This document shows positions 50,292 through 58,396 of a stretch of DNA of 64,000 bases, piece by piece. Origin of the DNA: Candidatus Shapirobacteria bacterium (lineage in GTDB: Bacteria > Patescibacteriota > Microgenomatia > UBA12405); assembly GCA_041661765.1 (NCBI GenBank), contig JBAZTV010000001.1, positions 364,791 to 428,790 of the forward strand. Reading direction: 5' to 3'. The notes under the pieces are model-generated. The model saw nothing but the letters and a program-made list of their open reading frames with translations. It was not told the origin of the DNA and searched no databases. The translations under genes and the position numbers were made by a program. Position 1 is the first letter of the stretch; each line of letters starts with the position of its first letter.

Positions 50292-51869
50292 ATGTTAGAT
50301 GTATTTTTATCGAGAGTTAAGGGTTTGTTTTCTACCCCCAAGTCTGGAGATGTTAAAGTTTCCAAAACACCTATTATTAAAAAAGAAATCAAAAAAGAAG
50401 TTATAAAAAAGGAAGAAGAAAAAGATAACAATCGGGTAGTTTTTTCTCCAACCAAGACAGAAGCATCAGCTCCTATTGTAAGTCCGGTTATTAATACAGC
50501 CCAAATTGATGCCGCTTTGCAGAATGCCAAAAAAATTGAAACCGAAGCTAAGGCAAAAGAAGCTGAAGTTTTTCAAAGATTATCATCTCTTGATGAAAAA
50601 GAGAGATATTTAATTCAAAAAGAAAGATCCCTCGACGCTCAAACTGTCGAAATTAAAACCAAATTGGCCAGCATCGACGATGTCTATCGTAAACAGATGG
50701 ATAAATTAGAAACTATTTCTGGTCTCGATGTTGAAAAAGCTAAAAAATTAGTAATGAGCAGTACTGAAAAGAGAATGTCTACTTGGGTAGCTAAAAAAAT
50801 CGAAGAAGCTCGCGACGAAATTAAACAAAAAGAAGAAGAAATTACCAAAGAGGTGATTATTGATAATATCCGTCATGGTCTTACTGATTATGTTGCCGAA
50901 TATACAGTTTCCACCATTTCTCTTCCTGATGAAAAAATTAAAGGAAAAATTATTGGTCGCGAAGGTCGTAACATCCGCGCTTTTGAAAAGGCCACTGGTG
51001 TCGAAATCGAATTAGATGAAACCAACGACATTCGTATTTCTTCTTTTGACTCTACTCGTCGTGAAATTGCCCGTCTTTCTTTGGAAAAATTAATCAAAGA
51101 TGGTCGCATCCAACCACTTAAAATAGAACAAATTGTAGCTCAAACCAGAGCCGATATGGACAGAATTCTTCTAAACGAAGGTAAAAAAATCACCCAAGAA
51201 GTTGGTGTTTTCAATTTACCTATCGACTTAATTAAAGAAATCGGTAAATATAAATTCAGATTTTCTTATGGTCAAAATTTAGCTAAACACACCATTGAAG
51301 CCACTAAAATTGCCACCGCCATTGCCTATGAATTAAAAGCCAATGTTAATACCGTCCGACTAGGTGCCCTTCTTCATGATATTGGTAAAGTCATTACCGA
51401 CCAAGAAGGAACACATGTTGACCTAGGTGTTGATTTATTAAGAAAATTTAGAGTTTCTGAAGATATTATTAGTTGTGTCGCTGAACATCACGAAGATAAA
51501 GAATTTTCATCAGTTGAATCAGTCATTGTTTATATTGGTGATGCTGCTTCTGGTGCAAGGCCTGGTGCTCGTTATGAAGTCCATGAAGAATATTTAAAGA
51601 GAATGAAAAACATTGAAGAAGTTGCTATGGGTTTCTCTGGTGTCACCAGTGTTGCTGCTTATCAAGCTGGTCGTGAAGTTGTTGTTATTGTCGAACCTAC
51701 CCAAGTTTCTGATACAGAAGCTCAAGTCCTTAGTCAAAATATTGCCGAAAAACTCGAAGAAGAAGCAAAGTGGGCTGGTCAAATAAAAGTCACCGTTATT
51801 AGAGAAGTTAGAACTAGTAGTATTATTGTGGGCAATAAAATCAACAAAAATGCGGTAAAAAACGAATAA
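50292..51869 (+). CDS. rny: Ribonuclease Y
   Basis: N-terminal coiled coil, KH domain (GKIIGREGRNIRAFEKATGV) and HD domain (LLHDIGK...HH). Confidence 0.85.
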   Translation: MLDVFLSRVKGLFSTPKSGDVKVSKTPIIKKEIKKEVIKKEEEKDNNRVVFSPTKTEASAPIVSPVINTAQIDAALQNAKKIETEAKAKEAEVFQRLSSLDEKERYLIQKERSLDAQTVEIKTKLASIDDVYRKQMDKLETISGLDVEKAKKLVMSSTEKRMSTWVAKKIEEARDEIKQKEEEITKEVIIDNIRHGLTDYVAEYTVSTISLPDEKIKGKIIGREGRNIRAFEKATGVEIELDETNDIRISSFDSTRREIARLSLEKLIKDGRIQPLKIEQIVAQTRADMDRILLNEGKKITQEVGVFNLPIDLIKEIGKYKFRFSYGQNLAKHTIEATKIATAIAYELKANVNTVRLGALLHDIGKVITDQEGTHVDLGVDLLRKFRVSEDIISCVAEHHEDKEFSSVESVIVYIGDAASGARPGARYEVHEEYLKRMKNIEEVAMGFSGVTSVAAYQAGREVVVIVEPTQVSDTEAQVLSQNIAEKLEEEAKWAGQIKVTVIREVRTSSIIVGNKINKNAVKNE

Positions 51870-51876
51870 CTTCTAT

Positions 51877-51904
51877 TGCAAATTATTAATAATAATTTAA
51901 AATT
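51877..51904 (+). promoter_or_regulatory. Sigma70-like promoter TTGCAA-16-TAAAAT upstream of hup
   Basis: Seen directly. Confidence 0.4.
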
Positions 51905-51934
51905 AAGAGGAATTATTAATTATTAAAAAAATAA

Positions 51935-52207
51935 ATGACCAAAAAAGATTTAATCGAATCAGTCTCTCAAAAAGCTAAGCTTAGTAAAAAAGCTGCCAAG
52001 CAAGCAGTTGAAAGTTTTCTTTCTGAAATAATGAAAGGATTAGCAAATGGTGAAACAGTCAAACTTTCTGGATTTGGAACTTTCAAAACCAAAATGTTTA
52101 AAGCAAAAACCATTAAAGCTATTGGAACCAAAGAATCCAAAAAAATAGTTGCCCGCCGAATGCCTCGATACATTCCCGGAACCAAGATCAAAAAAATGGT
52201 CAAATAA
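51935..52207 (+). CDS. hup: HU family DNA-binding protein
   Basis: MTKKDLIESVSQKAKLSKKAAKQAVESFL...GFGTFK...R.PRYIPG. Confidence 0.88.
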   Translation: MTKKDLIESVSQKAKLSKKAAKQAVESFLSEIMKGLANGETVKLSGFGTFKTKMFKAKTIKAIGTKESKKIVARRMPRYIPGTKIKKMVK

Positions 52208-52228
52208 TTTCTCTTTTGAAATTTTTAA

Positions 52229-52258
52229 AATCCCCTCGAATTTCGGGGGGATTTTTGT
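52229..52258 (+). terminator. Rho-independent terminator after hup
   Basis: ATCCCCTCGAA-t-TTCGGGGGGAT followed by TTTTGTTT. Confidence 0.75.
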
Positions 52259-52978
52259 TTGATACAATGCATTATGCGAAATTTAGATTTAAAAGAAATT
52301 GAAAATAAGATTATTCAAGGAATTAGAAGTTATGTCGGCACTAAAAATGTCTTTATTGGAATTTCTGGTGGAGTTGATTCTGCCGTTACGGCCTTTTTAT
52401 GTGTCAAAGCCTTGGGTCGCAAAAGAGTTTTTGGTGTTCTAATGCCATATGGTCGACAAAAAGATATCAGTGATTCTATTGCGGTAGTTAATCAATTAAA
52501 TATTAAATATTTTCAAAAAGATATTAAATCAATCGTTGATCAATATAAAATTGCTGACAATAAATTTACTATTGCCAATATTATGGCTCGAGTGCGTATG
52601 ACCATCCTTTATGCCTATACCAATAATAAAAATGGTTTAGTTGTGGGCACTACTAATAAGTCTGAAATGGCCGTTGGTTATTTTACAAAATTTGGCGACG
52701 GTGGTTGTGATTTCGAACCAATTGCCAATCTTTATAAAACAGAAATTTTTAAAATAGCCAAATTGTTAAATGTTCCTAAAAATATTATTACCAAAGAACC
52801 AACTGCTGGTCTTTGGGATAACCAAACCGACGAAAAAGAACTTGGTTTTACTTATGTTGATTTAGATAATTTTTTACAAGGTGTACACGTAAATTCTGAA
52901 GTTGAATCAAAAATAAAAGAATTAATTGAAATATCAGAACACAAGCGTTGTTTACCGCCCACAGTTTTAATTGATTAA
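52259..52978 (+). CDS. nadE: NH3-dependent NAD+ synthetase
   Basis: PP-loop GISGGVDSAV. Confidence 0.85.
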   Translation: MIQCIMRNLDLKEIENKIIQGIRSYVGTKNVFIGISGGVDSAVTAFLCVKALGRKRVFGVLMPYGRQKDISDSIAVVNQLNIKYFQKDIKSIVDQYKIADNKFTIANIMARVRMTILYAYTNNKNGLVVGTTNKSEMAVGYFTKFGDGGCDFEPIANLYKTEIFKIAKLLNVPKNIITKEPTAGLWDNQTDEKELGFTYVDLDNFLQGVHVNSEVESKIKELIEISEHKRCLPPTVLID

Positions 52979-53473
52979 ATGAAAACAGAATGTGAATTTG
53001 GTCTAGTTATCGGTCGTTTTCAACCACCATGTATTCATCACCTTCAATTTTTAGACGAGGTTATTAATTCTGGTATTAAAAAATTATTAATTGGAGTTGG
53101 TGAATCGAAAGTTTTAGATTCTTTTAATTTTTTAACTGGAGATGAGGTTAAATCACTTTTAATTTCCAACTTAGACAAATTAAATTTTCCCTATGAAATT
53201 ATAATTATTCCCGATATTAATAATCCTCCCAAATACGCCGATCATGTCAAAAAATATTTTTCTCAAATCAATGAAAATAATACCTGTTTATTTACAGAAA
53301 ATACCTACACATCCGATTGTTTTATAAATTATAGACATCATTTTAAAGTTATTAAACCAACTATTTTACCCACCCGCGCCACCGAAATCAGACAAATGAT
53401 TATTAATAACAATTCCGCTTGGCAAAAACTAGTTCCTAAAAACGTTATCGAATTTATTAAAAATAAAAAATAA
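52979..53473 (+). CDS. Nicotinamide/nicotinate-mononucleotide adenylyltransferase (archaeal NadM-like cytidylyltransferase fold)
   Basis: GRFQPPCIHH matches the (H/T)xGH nucleotidyltransferase motif GRFQPxHxGH. Confidence 0.6.
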   Translation: MKTECEFGLVIGRFQPPCIHHLQFLDEVINSGIKKLLIGVGESKVLDSFNFLTGDEVKSLLISNLDKLNFPYEIIIIPDINNPPKYADHVKKYFSQINENNTCLFTENTYTSDCFINYRHHFKVIKPTILPTRATEIRQMIINNNSAWQKLVPKNVIEFIKNKK

Positions 53474-53499
53474 ATCTTATTTATTGATAAAATACACTC

Positions 53500-54570
53500 A
53501 TGAAATTATCAATCGGCATCGTCGGTCTCCCAAACGTTGGCAAATCAACTCTTTTTAATGCATTACTCGGCAAGCAAGTTGCTGATGCCAGCAATTATCC
53601 TTTTTGCACCATCGATCCAAATGTTGGTGTAGTCGAAGTCCCCGACGAAAAATTACCCGTTCTTGCAGAAATTGTTAAAACCAATAAAATTGTTCCCGCC
53701 ATTGTCGAATTTGTCGACATTGCCGGCTTGGTCAAAGGTGCCTCGCAAGGTGAAGGTCTCGGTAATAAATTCCTTACCAATATTCGTGACTGTGATGCTA
53801 TCTGCCATGTCGTTCGTGCCTTTTCCGATACAAACATTATTAAAGAGGGTTCCGTTGATCCACAAGGCGATTTTGAAGTCATTTGTGCCGAACTAATTAT
53901 TAAAGATTTAGAAACCATTGATAAATATATTGGCGTCAGTAAAAATAATTTAAAGGAAAGTAAAACTAAAAAATTTACCATAGCTGAAAAATTAAAATCA
54001 GAGTTAGAAAAGGGGATTTTAACCGTCAACTTAAATTTGAATGATGAAGAAAGAGAATTAGTCAAAGAATTTTTCTTACTAACCGCCAAACCATATTTTA
54101 TTGTCGCCAATGTTGATGAAGACACTTATCAAAATATTAAAGATTGGAAAATAAATTTAGATAATTTTGAAACAGTCGTTCCTGTTTGTGCAAAAGTAGA
54201 ATTTGATTTAACCGAATTAAGTCCAATCGAAAAAAGAGATTATTTAAGAGAATTAGGTGTTCAACAATCTGGGCTCGAGCGAGTCATTCAAAAAGCCTAT
54301 AACACTCTCGGTCTTCAATCTTATTACACTGCCGGTGTCAAAGAGGCGAGAGCTTGGACTATTTACAAAGGAAGCACCGCTCCCAAAGCCGCTGCCGCCA
54401 TTCACACCGATTTTGAAAAAGGTTTTATTATGGCCGAAGTTGTTTCTTATCAGGATTTTGTCCAATATAAAGGCTTATTAGGTGCCAAAGAAGCTGGCAA
54501 ACTTCGTCATGAAGGTCGTGAATACACCATGCGCCCCGACGATGTAGTTGAATTTAGAATAAACGCCTAA
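53500..54570 (+). CDS. ychF: Ribosome-binding ATPase YchF
   Basis: GIVGLPNVGKSTLFNAL plus C-terminal TGS domain. Confidence 0.9.
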   Translation: MKLSIGIVGLPNVGKSTLFNALLGKQVADASNYPFCTIDPNVGVVEVPDEKLPVLAEIVKTNKIVPAIVEFVDIAGLVKGASQGEGLGNKFLTNIRDCDAICHVVRAFSDTNIIKEGSVDPQGDFEVICAELIIKDLETIDKYIGVSKNNLKESKTKKFTIAEKLKSELEKGILTVNLNLNDEERELVKEFFLLTAKPYFIVANVDEDTYQNIKDWKINLDNFETVVPVCAKVEFDLTELSPIEKRDYLRELGVQQSGLERVIQKAYNTLGLQSYYTAGVKEARAWTIYKGSTAPKAAAAIHTDFEKGFIMAEVVSYQDFVQYKGLLGAKEAGKLRHEGREYTMRPDDVVEFRINA

Positions 54571-54608
54571 AATGTATTAATTATCACAATATGATTTAAA
54601 ATCATTAT

Positions 54609-55391
54609 GTGAAGTTTGAAAAATTTCCATTTAAATTAGAAAAACAGTTTCGATTAAGAAATTGGGATTACTCATCGTCTGGTTTCTATTTTGTCACGAT
54701 TTGTACCAAAGATCGGTTAAAAATTTTAGGTTCTGTTGTTGTAGGAACGGACCTTTGTGTCCGTTCCTCTGAAAATAATAATGTCCGTTCATTAAAAAAT
54801 AATTTAAATAACGAAACCAATTCCTCTGAAAATATCAACAATAATCATTCATTTAACAACAACATTTGTTCATCAGAAAATAATTTAATCTGTTCCTTCA
54901 AAAATAATTTAAATATTCACCAAGAAATTAAACTAAACATTTATAAAAACATTAATCAAAATATCAGTCGAAATATTCATCAAAACAATAATATTAATTT
55001 ATCCGATTTTGGAAAATCATGCCATCGTATTTGGTCAAATATTCCCAAAAAATTTAAAAATGTAATTTTAGATGATTTTATTATCATGCCTGATCATATT
55101 CATGGAATTATTTGTATTAAAAATGATTATCAGGAACGGACACAAAGGTCCGTTCCTACAGAGTTTGGAAATGTTGGTTTATTGGGTCAAATAATTAGAT
55201 GGTTTAAAACCATATCCACGAATGAATATGTAAATGGTGTTAAAAAATATAATTGGCCAAAATTTAATAAACAAATTTGGCAATCTCGTTTCAATGATCG
55301 TATTATTCGGTCAGAAAAAGAATTTTATATCAAGAAAATATATATTAAAAATAATCCTAAAAATTGGGGTAAAGACAAAGAGAATGTATAA
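54609..55391 (+). CDS. REP-associated tyrosine transposase (RAYT) paralog 2 with a ~120-aa Asn-rich low-complexity insertion, GTG start
   Basis: Same N-terminus (EKFPFKLEKQFRLRNWDYSSSGFYFVTICT), HUH (IIMPDHIHGII) and C-terminus (WQSRFNDRIIRSEKEFYIKKIYIKNNPKNWG) as copy 1. Confidence 0.7.
   Translation: MKFEKFPFKLEKQFRLRNWDYSSSGFYFVTICTKDRLKILGSVVVGTDLCVRSSENNNVRSLKNNLNNETNSSENINNNHSFNNNICSSENNLICSFKNNLNIHQEIKLNIYKNINQNISRNIHQNNNINLSDFGKSCHRIWSNIPKKFKNVILDDFIIMPDHIHGIICIKNDYQERTQRSVPTEFGNVGLLGQIIRWFKTISTNEYVNGVKKYNWPKFNKQIWQSRFNDRIIRSEKEFYIKKIYIKNNPKNWGKDKENV
54741..55159. repeat. Inverted REP pair inside RAYT copy 2: GTAGGAACGGACCTTTGTGTCCGTTCCT (54741-54768) and its exact reverse complement (55132-55159)
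   Basis: Exact 28-nt inverted copies with GTAG head; a partial third copy (TGTCCGTTCATT) lies at ~54782. Confidence 0.8.
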
Positions 55392-55400
55392 TAAACCATT

Positions 55401-56336
55401 ATGAAAAAAATCATCATCATTTCTGGTCCAACCGCCACCGGTAAAACCGATTTAGCGTCGAAATTGGCAAAAAAATATAACGGAGAATTAGTTTCTACTG
55501 ATTCTTGCCAAATTTATAAAGGTCTCGACATTGGTACCGGTAAAGATCAGCCATGCGAAACTCCAATTCATTTGATTGATTTAATTAATCCTGATCAAAA
55601 ATTTTCTGTTGCTCAATTTCAACAAGCCGGACTAGAGATTATCAACAAACTTCATTCCCAAAATAAATTACCAATTTTAGTTGGCTGTAGTGGTTTTTAT
55701 TTAGATTCGTTAATTAATTCAAGATATGACACTTTTTCCATTAAACCAAATAAAATTTGGAGGATTATTTCCAAAAAATTACCAGTCAAAACATTACAAA
55801 AGATTTATAAATTTTTAGATTCTCAAAATTTTTCCAAATTAAACAATTCCGATATTAACAATCATTATCGTTTAACCCGCAAAATCGAAATCAAATTATT
55901 TGTAGGGGCGGACCCTCGTGTCCGCCCTCAAAAAGCAGAGGGTTTCGACATCCTCCATATCTCTCTCATCGCTCCTCTCGATCTTCTTTACGGTCGCATC
56001 GATCAACGAGTCCAAAAAAGAATAGATATGGGATTCTTAGATGAAATAAAAAATTTATTGAAAAAATATTCTTGGAAAGATCCCGGTCTTCAAATCGGAG
56101 CTTACCAATGCTTAAAACCATATTTTGAAAAACAAAATGTAGAGACGCCATGCGTGGCGTCTCTACTAAACACCTGTCTTCAAAAATGGAAATACGCCGA
56201 ACACAGCGACGCTCGTCGCCAAAGCACTTATTTAAAATCAAGATATAAAGAAAAGGCTCAATTTTTTGACATTACTTCCTCAAATTTTAAAAATAAAATT
56301 TTTAAAATAATTTCCAAATGGTACAATGAATCATGA
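55401..56336 (+). CDS. miaA: tRNA dimethylallyltransferase
   Basis: P-loop ISGPTATGKTDLA and DSCQIYKGLDIGT(G)K. Confidence 0.85.
   Translation: MKKIIIISGPTATGKTDLASKLAKKYNGELVSTDSCQIYKGLDIGTGKDQPCETPIHLIDLINPDQKFSVAQFQQAGLEIINKLHSQNKLPILVGCSGFYLDSLINSRYDTFSIKPNKIWRIISKKLPVKTLQKIYKFLDSQNFSKLNNSDINNHYRLTRKIEIKLFVGADPRVRPQKAEGFDILHISLIAPLDLLYGRIDQRVQKRIDMGFLDEIKNLLKKYSWKDPGLQIGAYQCLKPYFEKQNVETPCVASLLNTCLQKWKYAEHSDARRQSTYLKSRYKEKAQFFDITSSNFKNKIFKIISKWYNES
55902..55927. repeat. REP-like GTAG-headed palindrome GTAGGGGCGGACCCTCGTGTCCGCCC, in frame inside miaA
   Basis: GGCGGAC...GTCCGCC stem; encodes VGADPRVRP. Same GTAGGGG head as the rpsI terminator element. Confidence 0.6.
56139..56166. repeat. 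REP-like 28-nt palindrome GTAGAGACGCCATGCGTGGCGTCTCTAC, in frame inside miaA
   Basis: Perfect palindrome with the same arms as 26965-26992; encodes VETPCVASLL. Confidence 0.75.
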
Positions 56337-57322
56337 AAGTTAGAAAAATAGAAATTTCTCCCAAAACCATTGTTTTTACAGTCTTTTTTTTATTGGCCTT
56401 GGTTTTCTTTTGGCAAATAAGAAGTATCCTCATTATGGTCTTTATCAGTTTTGTTTTAATGCATGCCCTTGATCCATTAGTTAATCGTCTCGAGAGAATA
56501 AAACTTCCTAGACTAATCGCTATTTTAATTGTCTACTTTTTAGTCTTTGGTGTTATTTCTTTTAGTATTGCCGGTATAATTCCAATTTTAATTGAACAAA
56601 CAACTGGATTGATCAATAGTTTGCCCAAAATTACTCAAAATATAAAAATTTTTAATGAAAATAGTTTTTTCAATGAAAACAATATTGATCTAACTTCTCA
56701 ATTTAAAATTATTGAAACCATCCCTTCAAGTCTCACCCAAATAGTTTTTTCAATTGTTTCCAATGTTTTTTCTGCCCTAATCATTTTAGTAATTACTTTT
56801 TATCTCCTTTTGGAAAAGAAAAATTTTCCAAAATATGGTGATAATTTTTTTGGGGAAAAAGGTAAAACAAAATTTTTAAAAATAATGGATAATTTAGAAA
56901 CAAGTCTTGGCAGTTGGGTTAGTGCTGAGCTTCTTTTAATGAGCATCATTGGTATTATTTCGTATCTTGGTTACCTAACCCTAGGATTAAAATATGCCGT
57001 TCCATTGGCTATTATTGCAGGTCTATTAGAAGCTGTTCCAAATATCGGTCCAATTATTGCCACTGTTCTTGCTGGTTTAGTTGGATTAACTGTTTCACCA
57101 CTAATTGCTCTTTTCACTGTCATTTTTGGGATTTTAGTTCAACAATTAGAAAACACTTTTATAGTTCCCAAAATTATGAGAAAAACAGTTGGCTTGAACC
57201 CATTGGTGACTATTATTTTAATTGCGTCAGGCGGTCAAATCGCTGGAATGGGTGGTGCATTATTAGCCATACCACTTTTCTTAACTGCCCAGGCTATAGT
57301 AAGAGGATTATCAAAAGATTAA
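56333..57322 (+). CDS. AI-2E family transporter (UPF0118/PerM-like)
   Basis: 8-TM topology with the family-typical N-terminal arrangement. Confidence 0.65.
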   Translation: MKVRKIEISPKTIVFTVFFLLALVFFWQIRSILIMVFISFVLMHALDPLVNRLERIKLPRLIAILIVYFLVFGVISFSIAGIIPILIEQTTGLINSLPKITQNIKIFNENSFFNENNIDLTSQFKIIETIPSSLTQIVFSIVSNVFSALIILVITFYLLLEKKNFPKYGDNFFGEKGKTKFLKIMDNLETSLGSWVSAELLLMSIIGIISYLGYLTLGLKYAVPLAIIAGLLEAVPNIGPIIATVLAGLVGLTVSPLIALFTVIFGILVQQLENTFIVPKIMRKTVGLNPLVTIILIASGGQIAGMGGALLAIPLFLTAQAIVRGLSKD

Positions 57323-57331
57323 AAATAAAAA

Positions 57332-57590
57332 AAATCCTAAAGACATTGATAAGCCGGATTTTGTTTAGAGGCCATCAATCTATTCTCTCTACCTGAAACT
57401 CTCAAAAGCTAGATATTAACGTTTCATCTTGAGATTTCCACCAGAAGGATGCTCGTTTCATATTTCTCGTCTCTGTAGCATTGCCCCTCGATCACTCGAG
57501 ACTCTATTTTTTTAAGTTCTGCGCTTTTTGTGGTCCGGACTTTCCTCTCCGATTAATCGGAGTAAAGCCTCTCAATCTCTTTAGGATTAT
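57332..57590 (-). ncRNA. rnpB: RNase P RNA (bacterial, unusually compact at ~260 nt)
   Basis: Minus-strand reading gives P1 CCUAAAGA...UCUUUAGG, P2/P3 AGAGGC-CUCCGAUUAAUCGGAG, the universally conserved P4 strand AGGAAAGUCCGGAC, a UGCUACAGAGACGAGAAA core and the 3' P4 strand ACAAAAUCCGGCUUAUC. Confidence 0.7.
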
Positions 57591-57670
57591 TAATTATAGC
57601 CGTAAATTTCTCAAAAAACAAATACCCCCTCCGATTCCGGAGAGGGTAATAATTCGAATCTGTATCTTAT

Positions 57671-57847
57671 TTATTTTAATAAAGCTGCGTCAGCGGCTGA
57701 TAAGATTTTAAACATTTTGGTTCCAGTTTCAGGATCCATAGTTTGAGCTGCTGGTCGACCGTTTTTCAACATAACTTTTTCAACCTTACTTACATCGATC
57801 TCAACAGATTTACGTGATTTTACATTATAAAATTTAATTGTTGGCAT
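57671..57847 (-). CDS. Small hypothetical protein (58 aa; under the ORF-track cutoff) with a very strong RBS
   Basis: AAGGGAGGTGAAGATTA-ATG, then MPTIKFYNVKSRKSVEIDVSKVEKVMLKNGRPAAQTMDPETGTKMFKILSAADAALLK; sits immediately upstream of rnpB on the same strand. Confidence 0.5.
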   Translation of the reverse strand: MPTIKFYNVKSRKSVEIDVSKVEKVMLKNGRPAAQTMDPETGTKMFKILSAADAALLK

Positions 57848-58038
57848 TAATCTTCACCTCCCTTAAAAATAATAATTTTTAATAACCATATTTAAGATAA
57901 TAAATTACTATTATCGTCGCGATCAAAATCAAACTCAACACTAAACTTCTTAATAAATCTTTTTTAATATATTTATTTTCGCTCATTTTGTATTTCTATC
58001 GCCAGTATAGCATATTGTTTTGCTACAATTAGTAATCG

Positions 58039-58389
58039 ATGTCGTTCTTAATATATTTAATATTAACAGTCAATTTACTATGGTTAGGCTACCTAACTTA
58101 CATAGTTTATATTAAAAATAATTCTAAAAATAAAGCTTTAGATTTGAGTAACTTAGATAATAACCTAAAAATAGGCATTACTAGATTTAATCCGTTCGAC
58201 GATGTTGGTGGAGATCAAAGCTTTATTTTAACTATTTTAGATAAAAATAATTCTGGAGCCATCATCACCTCGCTTCATAATCGAGATATAACTCGAATTT
58301 ATGCTAAGCCTATTCAAAACGGAATTGGTGAAAATATCACTTTGTCAAAGGAAGAAAAATCCGCTATAGTTAAAACTATTAAAAATTAA
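58039..58389 (+). CDS. Hypothetical membrane-anchored protein
   Basis: N-terminal TM helix; no family. Confidence 0.4.
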   Translation: MSFLIYLILTVNLLWLGYLTYIVYIKNNSKNKALDLSNLDNNLKIGITRFNPFDDVGGDQSFILTILDKNNSGAIITSLHNRDITRIYAKPIQNGIGENITLSKEEKSAIVKTIKN

Positions 58390-58396
58390 TTTTTAA

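Noticed and set aside
53595-54481. ORFs 53595-54125 (-), 53653-53865 (-), 53663-53896 (+), 54253-54465 (-) and 54257-54481 (+) inside ychF
   Set aside because: They overlap the conserved YchF GTPase on other frames, with no independent support.
54766-55134. Possible CRISPR-like or satellite array in the Asn-rich region of RAYT copy 2
   Set aside because: The repeats are short (10-14 nt), irregular, AT-rich and in frame within a protein. There are no regular spacer-repeat units and no cas genes, so this is low-complexity coding sequence, not CRISPR.
57481-57711. Plus-strand 76-aa ORF in the ORF track
   Set aside because: It lies entirely over the minus-strand RNase P RNA and the GC-rich hairpin next to it. 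It has no RBS, and the RNA call explains the sequence conservation.
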